Of a stretch of 42,821 bases of DNA, positions 36,287 to 42,821 are shown one piece after another. The translations under genes were made by a program, and so were the position numbers. The notes below the pieces were generated by a model. That model was not told where the DNA came from. It saw only the letters and a program-made list of their open reading frames with translations, and made no database searches. Origin of the DNA: Priapulus caudatus (lineage: Eukaryota); NCBI RefSeq assembly GCF_000485595.1, contig NW_014577088.1, positions 689,688-732,508 on the forward strand. Direction: 5' to 3'. Positions within the stretch are counted from its first letter, which is position 1, and each line of letters begins with the position of its first letter.

Positions 36287-37941
36287 CGTGCTAAAATTAA
36301 CAGTTTTCAGTTTTACGGGAAAACTCTGCTCCACAGATTAAAGGCTATCGCCACGAACAAGATATTGCGCACGAGTATACGTCGCTGGCTTTGCCAATAC
36401 TGACCTGGTTGTGTTAATGCCATGGAAGCCATTCATGCGCATACAACAAGCAGCAACGGATGTTACGCCGCCCGCTACGGGCGTATAGGATGAGATGCCG
36501 TGAATAATCCCAGCCACATGGATAATGGATTCCTCACGAAAACACGTCCCTGTTTGCCAATACCTCTAAAATATCGTTTTCATTTTTGTTTTGTCTAACT
36601 ATTTCATATCGATGCCGCTGATGTAGTTGATAACAACAGCTCACTGTGACGGCGACCGCCAGGACACCGAGTGGCAGCACCACGAAGGTAGATAAACTCG
36701 AGTTACTTCTTACGTAACCTGTCGTGAATTTATCGCACTGAATCGTCTTATCCCATTTCCAAAACATACCAATGTTTGACTGAAATTATGTTTTATTGCA
36801 TATATATAATTGGCACATGAATAGCACAACTGGAGTTGAGTGAAATTCTATGTACCCGACGATTATGATTTTTGGCGTGATAGTTACCGATTCATAGTGT
36901 AGAATAGTAGCAATATTGTGTCAATATTATGTTAGATAAACAACGGAGATAATAAGGTGGATAATAAGCATGGAGATGCAATATTGAGTCAATATTATAC
37001 TAGATGCATAGGCAATATCAGCGCGAGAAGCCTGTCGATTTAGAACTATTGTCGACAATAATGGCGAATTGTGATATTAACACGTTTGCACAAGTGCACA
37101 GTAAGTGTAACCGAGTTGGAATTTTTCTGATTCAGGGCATCAATCATATACAGCAGCTTCGGCTAAAGTCACCGCGAGCGCCAGGGACTTCTGTCGACGC
37201 AGAAACGTGGACGTGATTAAGAAAATTTAGTTCGTGTGAGCAATTGTCGCCAGAGCACGGACAGTTCGTCGCGAGCATGATGGCCAGTTGTCGGAGCTAT
37301 TGGTGATTAACTGTTTAGTTTTCGTGACCTACCATCGTCGCCTGTGGTCAGATAGCGGCGTTAGAGGACGTGGACAACCGTGGGGCATCTGGTAATGATA
37401 TCAGGAGGTTGCTTGCCTTATGGTCGGACGTTGATGCTGGCGCTTGCCAGAGAACGAGATGTGTTATCACTAGTAGTCACAAATCGCCACTAGGCATCAG
37501 CGGCACCTGTTGTATTGTCAACTATCACATACAGTGGCCACCAGAAGATCCAAGTTGGAACCACCGTATTTACTAAACTACATATGCGTCTGGAGAAAAC
37601 AGAGGTATCGAACGCTACCAGGTATAGAGCTACTTTGAAATCCCATATAAAGTGATCTTCACGTGACACTCGAGAAAACTAAGGTATCCGGTGATATCTC
37701 GAATGAAATATCTCATTCAGTGATATCAACGTGACTCTCGAGAACACGAGGGCAGCGCAAGTGTGAAACATCATATGCAGTGCTCCCAAACTACCCCTAG
37801 AAAAAATTATCACATTCGGATGATACCGGGTGGTAAGACCATAAGGCCTAGTGATCACCAGGGGCCGCTCGAGAGTGCTGTAGTCTCCCAATGTCGCCGG
37901 CGTCATTAACGATACGCTGACGACACTGTAACGCGTCGAAG

Positions 37942-38263
37942 ATGTCGTCAAACGCGAGCGCGGTGACGTCACTGCTCGACGGACATGATGATACGTCACT
38001 GTCGTGTCCCGTCGACGCGGCGCCCAACTATACCCTGCTCGGCGAGGCCCGCTTCATCGAGTGTTCGCTGGGACCGCGGCACGCCTCCGGGGACCTGTAC
38101 AAGGTCGTGCCGGTCACATTCATCTACACGCTGATCTTCATCACTGGCATTGCGGGCAACGTGAGCACGTGTCTCGTGATCGCACGCAACTCGCAGATGC
38201 ACACGGCGACCAACTGCTATCTGTTCAGCCTCGCCGTCTCCGACATACTCATCCTGCTGCTGG
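37942..38263 (+). CDS. First coding exon of a PRXamide-type neuropeptide GPCR (CAPA/pyrokinin/neuromedin U receptor family)
   Basis: N-terminus with sequons NAS and NYT, LGPR, TM1 IYTLIFITGIAGNVSTCLVI, then MHTATNCYLFSLAVSDILILLLG (TM2) and a phase-1 donor G|gtgagt at 38263/38264. No further exon recognised in the window. Confidence 0.92.
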
Positions 38264-38558
38264 GTGAGTTAGCCCTCTCTATCTCTCTGTGTCTCTCTCA
38301 TACACTTTTTCTCCCTCTCTCGTTATTTTTACCTCCGCGCAAACGGAGGTTATGCAATCGCTCGCGTGTGTGTGTGTAGCCACAGCACGATCGATAGCGC
38401 GTCGAGTCAGCGAGTGCCGAGTCAGCAGCAGCCACCAGTGAGCGGCGAGTCAGCAGCAGGCGGAGTCAGGCGCGGATCAGCCGCCACCACGCGAGCACAT
38501 ACATGTTACATGCTCGCGGAGGTATATGCACTCTCCGTGAGTGCCCTCTGTCTAGTTA

Positions 38559-39465
<907 letters not shown>

Positions 39466-39470
39466 CATAT

Positions 39471-39500
39471 CAGGAGTCTATCAATATTGATAGACTCCTG
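39471..39500. mobile_element. 30-bp perfect-palindrome P-like footprint
   Basis: caggagtctatcaat/attgatagactcctg; perfect TSD tacatat on both sides. Confidence 0.85.
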
Positions 39501-40142
39501 TACATATGTGTATTGCACATGTAATAGACTCAACGTTTATATATTTTATATGGTGGTTATATCCCATTTATATTGTTGTTATTATTGCGGTTATATTATG
39601 TCACTCTTTTCATAATAAGGCCAAAGCCATGACTATGCAGGCTGGGTTCTAGAGAGACTTAGTTTCAGTAAAAACAATATATCAAATGCAGGTACTATAG
39701 CGAAAAAATCCATTGGCGAACATACTAAGCTAAACATTCCCATAAATCACCAGAGGGTATTTTGAGAAATTACAATGCCACCCGCTGAATTTTCATTGCA
39801 AGGCACAATGTATATTTTGTCAGCTATAATATTCTTACATAATTATTTGGTAGAAAAGATTTTCGCCAAAGGCACGGCGGTAAGCGGGCAATTTGCAACG
39901 CATTTTTACGATGTATAAATTGGGCATCGCACATGCCTTTTCACACTGCCACACAAATACGCACGCAAAGAACCAACTACAAAGCTCCCGTGCAGCGCCT
40001 GACGTTTGTAAAAGATTAAAAGACAAATTAAAACCTCCGCACACGCGCGTCGAGAATAGAATTAGTTCACCGCACCGAACCCTGAATAGCTGGAGTGCGT
40101 TACCGACGTTTAACTATTCTGGGCGACGTGCACTTGCTATAT

Positions 40143-40242
40143 AAACTCGTATACCCGGGCGGCTGCACTTTCTACACAGTGGGTATATATTCTGGCGCTA
40201 GCAGCGACTTTACGCACACAAAGAACTCGGGGTATGAGATTG
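40143..40242. mobile_element. Possible degenerate ~100-bp MITE
   Basis: aactcgtatacccgg pairs imperfectly with cggggtatgagatt. Confidence 0.35.
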
Positions 40243-40439
40243 GGATGACTGCACCTTAATAAAAGAGGTGTACGACTTCATTGAGGTGGAAAAGCTCCTA
40301 GCGTAATATCAGCATTAAATGAAAACAAATTTGCTTGTTCAATCAACTATAAAATGGCGAACAGTCTTGTGGAAAAACACCTGGCATATTATCGAGAAGG
40401 AATAGAAGCAAGTTTTTTTTTATTCACTCCTAATATCAT

Positions 40440-40550
40440 CAGGGGTTAATAATGACAAAATTTGTCATTATTTGACATTATAATTTCGACATTATTATTT
40501 GACATTGTCATTTTGTCATTATTGACAAAATTTGTAATTATTAACCTTTG
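40440..40550. mobile_element. 111-bp P-like footprint with self-templated filler
   Basis: caggggttaataatgacaaa / tttgtaattattaacctttg; TSD atatcat/atattat. Confidence 0.7.
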
Positions 40551-41246
40551 ATATTATGCGACGAGGGAGCGCCGCTGGGGCACATGGGATATATCTTAGA
40601 TGTCTCGTGTGTGTGAGTACCCGAATGTTATTACCGGTTAATTATGAGACGCTTGTGTAATACTTCCCTTTTGCATCATTGAAAAATAAATGCATACACG
40701 TGACCAGATTGAAACGTGGCATTTTGCACACATGTATATCACGTGTTTTTTGCCGCGTAACGCATCTGCCGGGAAGTTTTCCGACTTTCGCTCCAACAAC
40801 TTATTTCATCTTTGTCGATCTGATGAATTAGCCAGTGCTGTATCAGACACGAGCTATCTTTATGCACGTTAGAGGTTAACTGGAGCTGAACTGAACGATG
40901 GTATATCTGGCGATTGGAAGTTGATTGCAATAACCATGTTTTGACGCGCATGGTCGTGAAAATTACGCTTATATAAGTCTAAACTGTAAAGGATAGTTAA
41001 TTACACTCTTCTCACAGCATCATAAAGTAGCGAACATCATAACGTTGTTTACAGCAGTGGCATCTTTCATACCGCGATCTCAACCACGGTGTTTGGCGGT
41101 TGATAGGAACGCTAAAACAAACACGAGAACGCCTCTAGAACCTCTCTGAACTCGCTGAACGCACTAGCGATACAGTTTATAGTCGATAACTACATGTGTA
41201 TCGATGACTATTTCACTGATTGCAGAATGTATCGATTAGATATTAT

Positions 41247-41287
41247 CAGGAGTGTATAATATAATAGATCAATATTACACACTCCTG
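41247..41287. mobile_element. 41-bp P-like footprint
   Basis: caggagtgtataatat / atattacacactcctg (15/16); perfect TSD atattat. Confidence 0.85.
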
Positions 41288-41570
41288 ATATTATGTGGTT
41301 TCAACACAAAAACCTCAATATTTAATGACAATTTTCCATATTTTTTTTCGGAGCCAAAATCATCTCTTGTGCGATTTAATGAAATGGAAAGAACGCGCCT
41401 TGTGTCGTCACAAGATGCGCTGCTGTTTCAATTTAAAGCAGCTTTTGAGTGGCCGCGTTGCTGTGTGACAGCCATCTACCAGCTGCATGGAAGCTCATTA
41501 TCACATTTCATTCTAACTTCTGGTTAGCGATCACGATTAAAGCACTGTATCTCACATACAAGCGCACAAC

Positions 41571-41982
41571 CACCGGCACTTGGAACGTTTCAATAGTAAA
41601 ATAATGATAAATAAACACGAAATATATTTACTACCAAAGTCTTAATGTTTCTCTACTCTCTTTGGACTATTAATGACGATAATTTCATGTATGTGCCGTA
41701 CAAATGCTCACGTACAACACACACGTACACCGCACGCACGCCGCTGTGCACAAACGATACGAATAAAGACAGCAAGAATAAACTCTTTATTCTTGTTGGT
41801 TGTGCACAGCGGCGTGCGTGCTGTGTACTCATGTGTTGCAGAGGAGCATATAAACGGCATTTACAGGAAGTTATCGGCAATAATAGGCGAAGGAGAGTAG
41901 AGAAACATTAACACTTTGGTAATAAATACATTCCGTGTTTATTTACCATCATTTTACTATTGAAACGTTTCATGTGCCTGTG
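41571..41982. mobile_element. 412-bp largely palindromic MITE with 8-bp TSD
   Basis: Ends caccggcac / gtgcctgtg, long imperfect arms, TSD cgcacaac at 41563-70 and 41983-90. Confidence 0.85.
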
Positions 41983-42103
41983 CGCACAACGGCACGCCAC
42001 CGTCCCTAATCGCCCACGCGCACACTGAAACACGCGCGTAGACTCGTATGCATGCACGCGTACCCACCGGGGCTCCCACGCCGCACAAACATTGCGAGGA
42101 AAC

Positions 42104-42595
42104 TTGTGATAAAACAACTCTTGTGATCACTCAATTTTTTTATAAGAACAAACCAGGAGCTTTGTAAAAACTCACGAGGTTTGAGAAAGAAAGTCGCCAG
42201 CATTTATTCGTTGAATAGGTTCTTACAAACGCACGCACACTCACTCGCACAAGCACCAGCACGCGCAGACATGCAGGGCGTCTAACAGACAAAATGTCAG
42301 GCCGACGAATCGACGGTGACACAGACAAATGAACGGAAATCAATAAATAAACCATTTATCTTGAGTACTAAACACTTTTGTAAAAACGGCTTTTGTAGCA
42401 ATTGCTCTGCAACGAAAATCGCGGTTTTTGTGAGCAACTCCAAACGTTTGTCGTAAAATCGGCAGCTTATGTATACTAACACTTTTGTAACATAGCTCAA
42501 CCGGTTTTTATATTGAATGGATTTCCTAAAAAGCTCGCGAAATCTTATTTCAGAAGTGGTGAGTTATCACGAGAGCTGTTCCTTTGTTATTACAA
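42104..42595. mobile_element. Possible degenerate TIR element
   Basis: aacaactcttgtgatcactca pairs with tgagttatcacgagagctgtt; ends unclear. Confidence 0.35.
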
Positions 42596-42599
42596 AAAT

Positions 42600-42715
42600 G
42601 GGGCCCGTTGCCAGAAACAAAATTAGTCTTAATATTAGTCTAGACTCGTATACCGTTGCCAGAAACATCGTAAAGTTACGAGAAAAAAAATTTACCTCAA
42701 AATTTAATCTAACTT
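42600..42715 (+). mobile_element. Left part of the GGGCCCG-ended Harbinger-like MITE
   Basis: ggggcccgttgccagaaacaaaattagtcttaa matches the 5363 copy. Confidence 0.65.
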
Positions 42716-42750
42716 GATTCGATGTATATCAACAAATGGCGTTGATATCT

Positions 42751-42753
<3 letters not shown>

Positions 42754-42821
<68 letters not shown>
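42754..42821. repeat. (CT)n microsatellite
   Basis: Direct reading. Confidence 0.95.

Noticed and set aside
38264..38379. ORF-track extension of the GPCR
   Set aside because: It reads through a gtgagt donor into CT-rich intron.
41773..41795. caagaataaa/tttattcttg hairpin as another P footprint
   Set aside because: Only 10-bp arms, no 7-bp TSD, and it lies at the centre of a larger MITE.

Overview
Eukaryotic (invertebrate-like) genomic DNA from a gapped draft assembly, rich in microsatellites. It holds two host gene pieces on the + strand: the terminal exon of a RERG/RASL11/12-like small GTPase (544-1080) and the first coding exon of a PRXamide (CAPA/pyrokinin/neuromedin-U-type) GPCR (37942-38263). 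Between them lie a decayed, near full-length L1/Tx1-type LINE (minus strand, ~6829-14900) with nested DNA elements, several MITEs, a ~2.3 kb tandem (probably haplotypic) duplication, and a ~4 kb 21-bp-based array. The array appears to derive from a heptad-repeat ORF, contains an internal inversion and is interrupted by a solo LTR. The most distinctive signal is a set of 30-111 bp hairpins with CA(A/G)(G/A)(A/G)G...TG ends, 15-17 bp arms and 7-bp target-site duplications. They match the expected form of P-superfamily transposon excision footprints, some with self-templated filler. All coordinates were read by eye; no database searches were run.
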